Below are positions 53,810 to 64,000 of a stretch of DNA of 64,000 nucleotides, piece after piece (the stretch's first letter is position 1; each line of letters starts with the position of its first letter). The notes beneath the pieces are model-generated. The model did no database searches. It was not told the DNA's origin and saw only the letters and a program-made list of their open reading frames with translations. The DNA comes from Eledone cirrhosa. Lineage: Eukaryota. The position numbers were made by a program, and so were the translations under genes. The stretch is from positions 171,616,001 to 171,680,000 of the forward strand of contig OZ024741.1 of the NCBI GenBank assembly GCA_964016885.1. Direction: 5' to 3'.

Positions 53810-55131
53810 AAGTATAAAATTAACCCTTAAGGAATATATGTTCAAATTTAATGGAAAAACATATGCCCAAGAGGAGGGAGCAGCCATTGGTGTTAGCATT
53901 GCAGGTGACATAGCTAACCTATTCATGGTATGGTGGGACAATAGACTTAAATTTAAACTTAAAACTTAAAGAACAATTAGAAGACAGCAACCTCTTAACC
54001 CTGATAATGTACTCCCGCTACGTTGATGATATAAACATTGTAGTAAAAACACCCCCACTAGAGAACAGTCAGGAAATAGATAAAAACACCATGGAAAGCA
54101 TCCAGCAAATAGATAACTCCATCCACCAGAGTATTAGAGTTACTATAGACTACCCAAGCAAACACCCCAACCATCGATTACCTGTACTAGACACAGTGCT
54201 CTGGGTAGAAACCATTAATAACAAAAAACAAATCCTCCATTCCCATTATGCCAAACCCATGACTTCCAAATATCTGATCCACCGAAACTCAGCTGTTTCG
54301 TACCACACCTAAATCAACATACTGATTGCGGATTTGGTACGGGTGATGAGAAACATGTCCCACATGTGCAACCCCAAAGAACTAGAGAGACACATACAAC
54401 ACTTCATCCACCGTATGCAGTTCTCTGGTTACAATCAGAGAGATAAAATCAGAGTATATAGAGGAGCCAGAACCAAATGGGAAAAAATGGTAAATAATGA
54501 TACAAATGGGACCTGCCCCTTGTATAGGAGCAAATTTTGGAATAGAATAGAAAGAACTAGGAATAATGTTAATAGAATAAACTCATGGTATGATAGCAAT
54601 AAATACCAGAGTGTAATGTTCATCAATACAACCCCTAGAGGTGAATTAGCTTACAAATTTAGAAGGGCCCAAGATAAACATAAACTCAATATTAAGATAG
54701 TAGAAAGACCAGGTACCTCCATAAAAACACTTATTAGCAATACATACCCTTTTCAAAGACCTCTCTGCATAGATAAGAAATGTATAATCTGTAAACTAAG
54801 CCCCCATATTAACTGTAAAACTAGAAATGTAGTATATAGCATAAGGTGCACTGAAGAGATAAGAATATAGTGTACATAGGGGAAACAGCTCGTAGTATAG
54901 GAGAATGGATAAATGAACACTGGCGAGAGCTTCAAGATAGAAAAGAATCATCTGTACTCCACCAACATAGAACATAAGGGTAAATTAGAGAACATAGAAA
55001 TAAAAATAGAATCTACACACAGAAATGATGCAATGTTTAGACAAATCACAGAGGCAATAAACATAAATGAACTCCAACCAAAATTAAATAGAAAACATGA
55101 ATGGAATAGCAACATCGCAACTTACAATTAA
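53810..55131 (+). pseudogene. Penelope RT (C-terminal half) and GIY-YIG endonuclease, disrupted
   Basis: FKFNGKTYAQEEGAAIG..IA..IANLFM, RYVDD, LPVLD, C..C..C..C-NVVYSIRC..YIGETARS..E...EH, RQITEAINI...PKLNRKHEW. Confidence 0.92.
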
Positions 55132-55330
55132 GGACAAAATGAAAACACACACACGCATAGAACAAACAACCAACCAGTAACATGTAAATAAACAAATAAA
55201 TAAACAAATATAAACACACACAGACACCCGGACGTAACACATGCGCAAACTAAGCACACAACACACACAAAAACAAGATGGCATAGGACAGAACAAAGGA
55301 GAGGCACAAAAACAAAGAAAAGAATCCCCA

Positions 55331-55373
55331 GTCACTGAAGAGGTCACAGAATGTGTGACGAAAGAACTTTGAC
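55331..55373 (+). ncRNA. Minimal type-I hammerhead in the Penelope 3' pLTR
   Basis: GTCA-CTGAAGA-G-GTCACA.GAATG.TGTGAC-GAAA-GAAC-TT-TGAC, 200 nt downstream of the ORF stop. Confidence 0.88.
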
Positions 55374-55594
55374 AATATATGAACAACCATCCAGTTGTTT
55401 TGTGGAACCAACCAACTGGAAATTTATAAATTCTTAAATTTATAAATTTAATTTATAATAAATTGGAGTGAAAGCAACTGGTGCGTATGTTTCTTATTAG
55501 CAACATGACCCGCCCAAAGCATAACAATATCGGTTTCAACACACGTTTTCAGATAAAGAATCTTGCTAAACAAATTCAGAAATGAAATATATAT

Positions 55595-55942
55595 CATTTC
55601 ATCATCATCATCATTTCATTTTACGTCCGCTTTTTCCCTGCTTGCAAGGGTGGGACGGGAACTGATTCTGGCTTGATTTCTACAGCTGGATGCCCTTCCT
55701 AACACCAACCTCATTTACAGTGAGTGCTGGGTGCTTTTTTGCCATGGCACCTGCACGACCACTTTGCAGTGGAATGATAGGGATCCCAGTCCCTATCATC
55801 TCATTTCTACAGCTGAGTAAACTGGAGCAATGTGAAATAAAGTGTCTTGCTCAAGGAAACAACACATCACCCGGTCTGAGAATTGAACTCACAACCTTTC
55901 GATTGCAAGGCCAATGCTCTAACCACTAAGCCATATGCCTCC
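55595..55942 (-). mobile_element. SINE family B, full length
   Basis: Reverse complement of the reference copy. Confidence 0.92.
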
Positions 55943-55944
55943 AT

Positions 55945-56002
<58 letters not shown>

Positions 56003-56133
56003 ATATATATATGTATATATATATATATATATATATGTATATGTATATATGTATATATATATGTATATGTATATATGTATATGTATGTATGTATATATAT
56101 ATATGTATATGTGTATATATATATGTATATGTA

Positions 56134-56204
<71 letters not shown>

Positions 56205-56206
56205 AT

Positions 56207-56474
56207 GTCAGCTCAAAAGTGACACAGAGGAGACTGAGGTTAGTTGGACATGCTCACCGACATCCAGAGTTGACATTGCACTCAGTGCTCCTTTGGGAGC
56301 CCCTACATGGACACACTAGAAGAGGAAGACCAAGGTTAACGTATGTTGATGCCCTAAGGACAGACACTGCTCTGTTGGAGACGCAGGACATGGCAGCGAT
56401 AATGAGGGACAGAGACCGCTGGAGAGAACTCGTCCATGGATCTCGGGAATTTTATCCGCCTTAGATAGATAGAT
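56207..56474 (+). mobile_element. RTE/RTEX-like LINE 3' end with (TAGA)n tail
   Basis: [14 protein letters not shown]...[21 protein letters not shown]...MRDRDRWR. Confidence 0.8.
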
Positions 56475-56851
56475 GTGTGTGTGTGTATGTGTGCATACTT
56501 ACATATATATAAATATATGCATGTATATATATAACATTCATTTGCACTTTAGAACCAGTTAGTAACACATTGTAGGAACACAATGTGCTATTTTCTAATG
56601 GAGCCAAAATTTGTTTAAATGCTAGTCATTTTCTTTTTATTGAAATATTAATGTACTACATTACAATATAAACTATGATATATGCGTTACAGTGGTGTTC
56701 AGGGGAAGTTTGTAATAAACTAAATTACTATATTAAATGTCAACTCCATAATTTACATGATTTAACAATGGCTATGAAAAGCTTTACAGCAAACAGCTAA
56801 CACCACTTGCTCCAGAGACAGGTGTTTCATATATATATATATATATATTTT

Positions 56852-57006
56852 ATTACATTAACAATACATTATCTAAATACATTTCACTTGTAGGATTTAG
56901 GAATCTCCTAGTTCATCATTTGGGCTATATTATATATAGCCAAAGTGATGAACTTAGATCCTTCTAGTGAGACATCTGTTTTCAGATAATGTATTGTTGC
57001 TGTAAT
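56852..57006. repeat. Imperfect palindrome with a decayed hammerhead
   Basis: Arms centred on ggctatattatatatagcc; GTGATGA-ACT...AGT-GAGA (GAAA in the other arm)-CAT...ATG-TA. Confidence 0.55.
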
Positions 57007-57206
57007 TGAATATTTTATATAAACAACTCACCATCTCTGGATTGTGTGCCCTACATACTTGGATATTTATTACAAAATTTAACTGCACTATATATCAGCA
57101 CCGTTTAACATCCATTTTCCATGCTAGCATGCTCATACAGAACTGATTTTGGCTAGGTTTCTACAGCCAAATGCCCTTCCTAATGCCACCACATTTAGAG
57201 TGTGTA

Positions 57207-57395
57207 CTGGGTGCTTTTTGTCATGACACCTACACTACCACTTTACAGAGTGGATTGGGTGCTTTTTGTCATGACCCTTACACTAACACTTTACAGAGTG
57301 GATTGGGTGCTTTTTGTCATGACACCTACACTACCACTTTACAGAGTGGATTGGGTGCTTTTTGTCATGACACCTACATGACCACTTTACAGTGT
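57207..57395 (-). repeat. Four tandem copies of the ~48 bp SINE/RTE 3' UTR module
   Basis: Unit tgggtgctttttgtcatgacacctacactaccactttacagagtggat, inside an RTE-type 3' UTR remnant starting ~57095. Confidence 0.9.
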
Positions 57396-57867
57396 AGGCC
57401 GAAGGCTTTGGTGGGAAGGGTGTGTGGGGATTAGGGTGGTGGGTATATGGGCATGTATGAGTGCTGGAGTGTTAGGGTGTAGGCATTTGGGCATGTGGGT
57501 GGGGCAGAGTGTTAGTTTTGTGAGTATATGGGTGTGTGTGAGGGGTAGTGTTAGGCCGTGTGTACACGGGTCTATGTGAGTGGCAGAGTGTTAGGACATG
57601 GGATGTATGTGGAAGGGGTATATGTAGGTGAAGGTGGTGCATATCAGATGTATGCTTCAGCCTATGCTCATGGTAATGCTTGTCTTTTAATGTTTTTTTT
57701 TCTTAATTTTCTGAATTAACATGGACCACCACATGTAACTACCTATTCTCATTCCAAACTCATTTCTGAACTGCAACTACTGAAACTTTGGAATATATAG
57801 GCACAATCACACACACTCATATGTAAACACACATACATGTGTGTATGTATATATATATGTATGTATA

Positions 57868-58062
57868 TGAAAAGATTCAGGACCCTGACAGCTGAGCTCC
57901 GGTCGTTTCAACAGCTAGATCCAAATTGGGATCTAGGTGTTGAAACAGCCGGAGCTCAGCTGTCGGGGTCCTGAACCTTACCATATTACCTACTCTTCTA
58001 CCCCCAAGTATCGAGTACTCTGGTGTGTTATGGTCCACCTGGCATTTCACCACACCCTATCT
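57868..58062 (+). mobile_element. Family H fold-back element
   Basis: Palindrome centred on gatccaaattgggatc; GAAA-CAGC.CGGAGCTCA.GCTG-TC-GGGGTCC; conserved tail. Confidence 0.85.
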
Positions 58063-58074
58063 GATATATATATA

Positions 58075-58112
<38 letters not shown>

Positions 58113-58162
58113 AAATTTTAGTAAGTAAGTCAATTTTCATAACTTTCTTATTTACGTCTTTC

Positions 58163-58253
<91 letters not shown>

Positions 58254-58369
58254 TTTGATAGAATATATGCCAGCATTTATCCAGGCCGTGTCTATTTTAA
58301 TAGCCCCTCCTGGCAAAGTCCTTCAGATCATGCTTCACATCTCAATCACCTTTTAGACACCAAGGCTCA

Positions 58370-59285
58370 CTTCAGTAAAGACTTAATGTTTGTGGAGACA
58401 TATCCAGGTGTAGTGAGTTTATCTGGAATTTCTTATTGGAATTTGTCCTGGAACCTTTAAAATTGTATGGTATCTTCTGTCATTAAAGAGAGCAGGACCA
58501 GTTGAAATGAAATAGGTGTGTTGTAATTTTGTTATGACATCAATTTTTGTAGTGGGAGGATAGCACAGAGGTAAAGCCTGGAGTGGGTTTTAAATTCAAT
58601 GGCAACATCACTTGGGTAATGTTGAAGGAATATTTATCATTTATAAGTGATATAGCACCCCTGGCAGCGTTGAAGAGAGTAAAGTTTGTGTTTTTCTAGT
58701 CAACACCAATGATCAATTTCTGTCATGCCATCTGTTTTGTAATTGATTTCTTTGGTTCTTCAAGTATCATAAAACTACAATTCATGTTGAGAGACCACAG
58801 TGGTCAAAGGTATTCAAAGTGGGGCCTGGCAAAGATAGAGAAGAGAACATTAATAGTGTGTATATCTTTAGACTCGAAAGTTCTAAGAAGCAGGAAGACA
58901 ACCTGTGGGCCATGTTTACTTTGTGGATTATGTGAGTACTCAATCTCAACTTGTTTTTCAACAATTACTCCAACAATTACTGGTGTTGTTGAATGCCATG
59001 AGGGTTTCGCCTGAGAGAAGAAAATATGGTAACTTAAGTGCACTATCTTTTCCAAAACGGATTAACTAAAATTTATCCTTATTTAGTTGTACGTCTTTTA
59101 TTTATTTTATTTTTTTTGGCCCATTGAATAATAAAAAGCAAATCTAATTGCAGGCATGTTTGGTCGCCCACTCTTAGATGATCTTCTGGAGCTTGGATTC
59201 ATCTTCAAAGGTACTTATTTTACTGTGCTTGCTCACATCTATAATGTCATTGATGTAAATAATGAAGAGAAGTGGGCCCAAGATC
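58370..59285 (-). mobile_element. Degraded CR1/Jockey-like LINE RT and 3' region
   Basis: Minus strand LGPLLFIIYINDI, then LLRTF...LFSIFARPHFEY..VWS-like motif. Confidence 0.7.
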
Positions 59286-60848
59286 TGTGCAAATGTAGTG
59301 AAATTCCTTACCTTTATTTCAGTTTCCAAGTGAGAGTTACAGGGGTATGTGTGTGGCTGTTGTTTTTGATTTTGTACTCACATGGAGAGGGAGAGAGAGA
59401 GAGATTTACTATATACATCATTGCATTGAAAACACTTTTGTGTTTTGGTTTAATCATTCTCTTCATTTTTGTTATCATATTTCTGTATAAATTCTTTGGT
59501 GTATTATTGTAACTAATATTTCAAATTCCTTAATCAGTCTTTCTAAACCTTCACCATCTCATCTTGAGAGGCTGTTATCAATTCATTGTAGGTAGGGAGA
59601 ATGTCATATTGACATAGTCATAGGAATTTGGATTTCTGGCTATTAGATTTATGACATTAGCTAGGAGTGTTTATTTTATTTCTGACTAGTGCATGTTTCT
59701 ATGTTTATTTTAGCATAGGCTGTGTTAGTTATATTGCTTACATCATTAGTCCATATCTATTTTTGTGTTGAATTCTCTAGAGTATAGATGTATTATTTAC
59801 AAATATTTTCCTTTCTAATTTCTTGTGTGTTGTGTGATGTAGTGTATTGAAATCGTTTGTTGTGCATCTGTATGGTAGACTGACCAGTGAGTGTAATTCT
59901 TGTAATTTTTATAAGAATTTAAATTTCTAATATTTTCCAAAAATTTCTATAAAGGAATTTTATCGGATTTATTTCCCTTGCTTGATGTTATTGGGTTTGT
60001 AACACTCCATTGTCTACTAATTGGAGGAATAATCTCAGTTTTTCATTTCCCTATATTACATATGCGAGACCCAATCATATTTGCATTTAGTATGCAAAAC
60101 ACTTTCCTCAGCCATTTTATTGATATTTATAGTCAGCATCACTACATTCCTTTTACTTCTATATCTATTTGATTAATCATTGGGTTTTTTTAACTGAAAA
60201 TCAAAATATATCTCTTGCTTTCATCAGTAGTCATAAAAATGAAATCCACTCCCACAATGCATTTTCAATTGAATATGCTAAATAAAAGTGAGATATATAG
60301 ATGGATTGGTATATATAGATAGAATGATGAGACCCTACTAGATTTGTATTAAGTACACTACAGTCTCTCCTGGATTATTTCTCCTCGGCCATATTGTTAA
60401 TTACTGATCTATAAATGTTTCAGATCTATTCTAATTAATATCATACACTTTAATTAGAAGAAACACAAGTACAAGAAGCCAACAACTATAAGAAATATCA
60501 ACAGAATTCTGTATTATCTCACCTCACTTTACCCAGATATGTAACATTTTCTTTACAATATCAAACTGGTTAAGCAATAGTGCTTGAATATTCAAGTCAA
60601 CAAAAGGGCCTATATGCAACCAAACAGAAATTGCAGATAGCTAACTAAACCTGCTAAAACTCTACATATCTTTTGGCAGACCTTACAAAAAATACTATTT
60701 ATATTATAGTATGCACAGTATGCAAAACTATATTCTAATATTAAACACTGAATTGTTCTAATCTAATAATAGATTTGCAAACATGTATAGTGCATGTTAC
60801 ACAATCTGTTGTTATGAACATTATGTATATATAAATATGAATGAAAAT

Positions 60849-60973
<125 letters not shown>

Positions 60974-61544
60974 ATATATATTTGTATATATGTATATATA
61001 TATATATATTTGTATATATGTATATGTATATGTATATATATTTATATATATACATATATATATGTATATATATATATATATATATATACATAGATGATAC
61101 ATACATGTATACATGCACATAGTTATCTACAAATATTTGTCTGTATATGTAGGTATGTATTAATGTATGTAAGAAATGTAATCATGTACATAAATATAAT
61201 TACCAGAGTATTGACTGATAGGTGGAATGCTAAACTCACTCGATTAGTTTACAACCGGTTTTGTGTTACACCAAGGCTCTGTCAACTGCTTTGCACTTTA
61301 AAAGCTATTATTAGATATAGGCAGCATCAGGCATGAATTTTTTTATCATCATCAGCGACAACAACAAGAAGGGATTGGGTAGGAGATGATACATGCTTAT
61401 GTGTATTGCAGACAGATTTATCATCTATCAAGTATAATGTGTCTCTTATTTCTAAAACAGCCATCCTTCCTAATAAAAAAATCTTGTTTATCAAAAAAAT
61501 ATCTGACTAAAAGCAGGTTTAAATATAAAACAATAAAAAAAATA

Positions 61545-61735
61545 GTAATAATTGTTTCTACTTTTGGCACAAGGCCAGCAATTATCTCAGTGTATTGCTG
61601 GTACTTTATTTTATCGACCCCGTAAGGATGAAAGGCAAAGTTAACCTCGGCGGGATTTGAACTCAGATCATAAAGGGCCATAGCTCTTTGCTGCAAAACA
61701 TGGCGTCAGACCCTCTACCAGTACTGCCAATCCAC
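61545..61735 (-). mobile_element. SINE family A
   Basis: A/B boxes, core and tail. Confidence 0.88.
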
Positions 61736-62908
61736 AGTAATAATAATAATGATAATGATTTCATTTATTGGCCTCAAGTTAATAAAAATTGTTTCTATTT
61801 GAGGCACAAGGACAACAATTCTGGGGAAAGAGAATGTCAATTATATTAACCCCAGTACTTGACTGGTACTTTATTTTATCAGTCATGTACTGAGGTTGAT
61901 TTACTGAACTTCTCCCTCAAAATTACTAGCCTTGTTTCTATATTAGAAATAATTCTAAATAATAATAACAAAATAAATATCTAAGTGCTTGATTGGCTTT
62001 ATAGTCGAGGTTCCTTGCCTCTGGATTGTTGTATAATTCTGAGTTGGTTATGATGACAAAGTCTTTTGCTTTAAAAATATTTGATAAAATATGGACACAG
62101 CTTGGGAGAATGGTTAACAATTTTGTTTCAGGGACTTGAGGTCCTGGGTTCAGTCCCACTGAACATCATCCTGGACATGTGCCTCAAATCATTGCAGGCT
62201 GTTTTATTATAATTGGGTAGACAGAAACTGTTTGGAAGTTCAATGAATGAATTGTACATTTAATTCAAAGGTCCAGCTTTGTTATACATTATGACATGCT
62301 GAACCTCTCTGAAAATAATATTAAACATACAGATGTCTGTAGAATGCTCAGCCACTTACATATCAATTTAATGAGTAGGACACTGATCAAACATTAGAAC
62401 AGTCAATCTTAAAACTTGGACAGGTTTGTTTACTTTATTCTATAATATAAATTATATTCATGAATCGTTATCATCATCAGTTAACATCCATTACCCATAC
62501 TAGCATGGGTAGGATGGGCTGTCCCTTTGTGAGAGATAAGGTCAGAGGACTGTGTTTTGCTCACACAGAATATTTATATTAGCTGGGGAAGAGAAAAATA
62601 GCCTAGAGTATTTTATAGTGTTAAGCCTTTCTTTCTTTTTAACCCTTTCATGATTATATTTCTAATGAAATATATTTTATATCAATTAATTAATTAAGAA
62701 TTTTGAAGGATTTTCTAAAACTATTGATTATTTCATTACTAAGATAGTAACTTAACATATGATTTTTATACTATTGGATGGCTTTTATTTAAATAGAAAC
62801 CCTTTAAAATGGATGGTTTTGTTAGAAGCAGAGGCAGTATTGGCAGTGTTGGTATCAAATTGGTTAATTATCAAAAAGGTTAATTAGAGATTCCCATGTG
62901 GTATTTGT

Positions 62909-63270
62909 ATAGGGAACAACAGGGGAAAGTATGATGATTGAAAGAATCACCATATATGTTTTGGCTCTTCAGAAGGCCTAACATTAGGCCTTCTGAAGAG
63001 CCAAAACATATATGGTGATTCTTTCAATCATCATACTTTCCCCTGTTGTTCCCTATCTATTATCTCAATATTGTATCACAAGGGCTGGCGATTCCCTTTT
63101 TTCTTTCACAAATGATTAACCATGTCTAATTTCTGTGTCTCCCAATGGATTACGACTCCCTTATACAACTGCACAGGATGGAATACACAAGGTTCTTTGT
63201 CCTGGTCTCTTCTGATGGAAGCTTTATTAAGGAAAGAAGTCTCTGAAGAGTAGACCTGCTTTAGAATACT
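62909..63270 (-). mobile_element. Penelope GIY-YIG remnant ending in a perfect 148-bp hairpin (62909..63056)
   Basis: Minus strand STLQRLLS.IK.P.E..TKNLVYSILCSC...EIIDREQQGKV**LKE; 73-bp arms with a 2-nt loop. Confidence 0.75.
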
Positions 63271-64000
63271 GTCTTCATGATGTATGGCTTGCAGATCATT
63301 GATGAGAGGGAGGGGGGAAGCTGATGATGTTGGTGGTGGTGATGAAAATGATGATGAGAATGAAGAGTAAACACACTCACTAACACTCACATACACAGAC
63401 ATACAAACAAACAAACATCAAAAGTTAAACATAAACGTCAGTGACAATGGTATAGAGATGAAAACAATGACAATATTGTCAAGTGATGGCCATGGTTGGG
63501 CGTGGTTGGTGGTATGTAGTAGGGAGGAGAGAAGTGATGACGGAAAATAGATTAATAGTGATTCAGACATTAAATGCAATAAATATTAAAAGATCAATGA
63601 TAATGATAATGATGGTAATGCTGTGGTTATGGTGGGGGGGGGGCAGTGGTGGTGATGGTAGGAGGAGTAGTGAAAATGATAAGTGGAGTTGTTGTTGTTG
63701 TTGTCGTTGGTGGTGGTGGTGGTGAAGGTGATGGTGGTGGTAGTGGTGTTGGTGGTTGTAATAGAGTGCTGACAATGATGGTGGGGTTGTTGTTGTTGTT
63801 AATGGTTATGAAGTTTGTGGTGGTAGCAACAGTAGTAATGTAGGAGGCATTGACTGTGACTGTCACCTTGTGCATTATATCATTAGATTTACAAATCATT
63901 TCTCCGGTGTTCCAATATATTCTGTATTTTCTGCTTAGCTATGTCCTTATATCATCCTGTTTTCCTATCACATATCAATGAGATTAATATCATCAACAGT

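Larger units (their letters stand above)
53415..55585 (+). mobile_element. Penelope-like retroelement, 5'-truncated, with an inverted pLTR copy at the 5' end
   Basis: Inverted arms 53415..53800 and 55155..55528 flank RT + GIY-YIG coding remnants; hammerhead in each arm. Confidence 0.93.

Noticed and set aside
57207-57395. CRISPR-like regular repeats
   Set aside because: Units are contiguous with no unique spacers, there are no cas genes, and the context is a eukaryotic retroelement UTR.
62993-63020. Hammerhead-like CTGAAGA-GCC...GGT-GA in the terminal hairpin
   Set aside because: GAAA and stem III are missing, and the sequence is the antisense of GIY-YIG coding remnants; probably coincidental.

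Overview
AT-rich eukaryotic non-coding DNA packed with (TA)n, (CA)n, (ATG)n and (GA)n microsatellites. The repeat families (tRNA-derived SINEs with RTE-type tails, RTE LINEs, Penelope-like elements) suggest a cephalopod such as Octopus; this is an inference, not a database result. No host gene could be called with confidence, so the window is probably intronic or intergenic. It contains 5'-truncated RTE LINEs (the longest at 15.8-18.3 kb has a PHD-type finger inside the RT region), an R4/Dong-like RLE retroelement, CR1-like remnants, a near-intact Tigger/pogo transposon with a nested telomere-repeat MITE, hAT and TTAA-type MITEs, about 30 SINE copies and several Penelope-like (RT + GIY-YIG) remnants. 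The strongest hidden signal is a dense set of type-I hammerhead ribozyme motifs, read by eye: 9 with an intact CUGANGA/GAAA core plus several degenerate or half copies. They lie in short (TA)n-embedded elements that are often folded back into long palindromes. One family couples the hammerhead to an octamer-TCAGCC-TATA cassette with fixed spacing, in 336-380 bp units with terminal direct repeats (retrozyme or solo pseudo-LTR-like). All coordinates were read manually and repeat boundaries are approximate.
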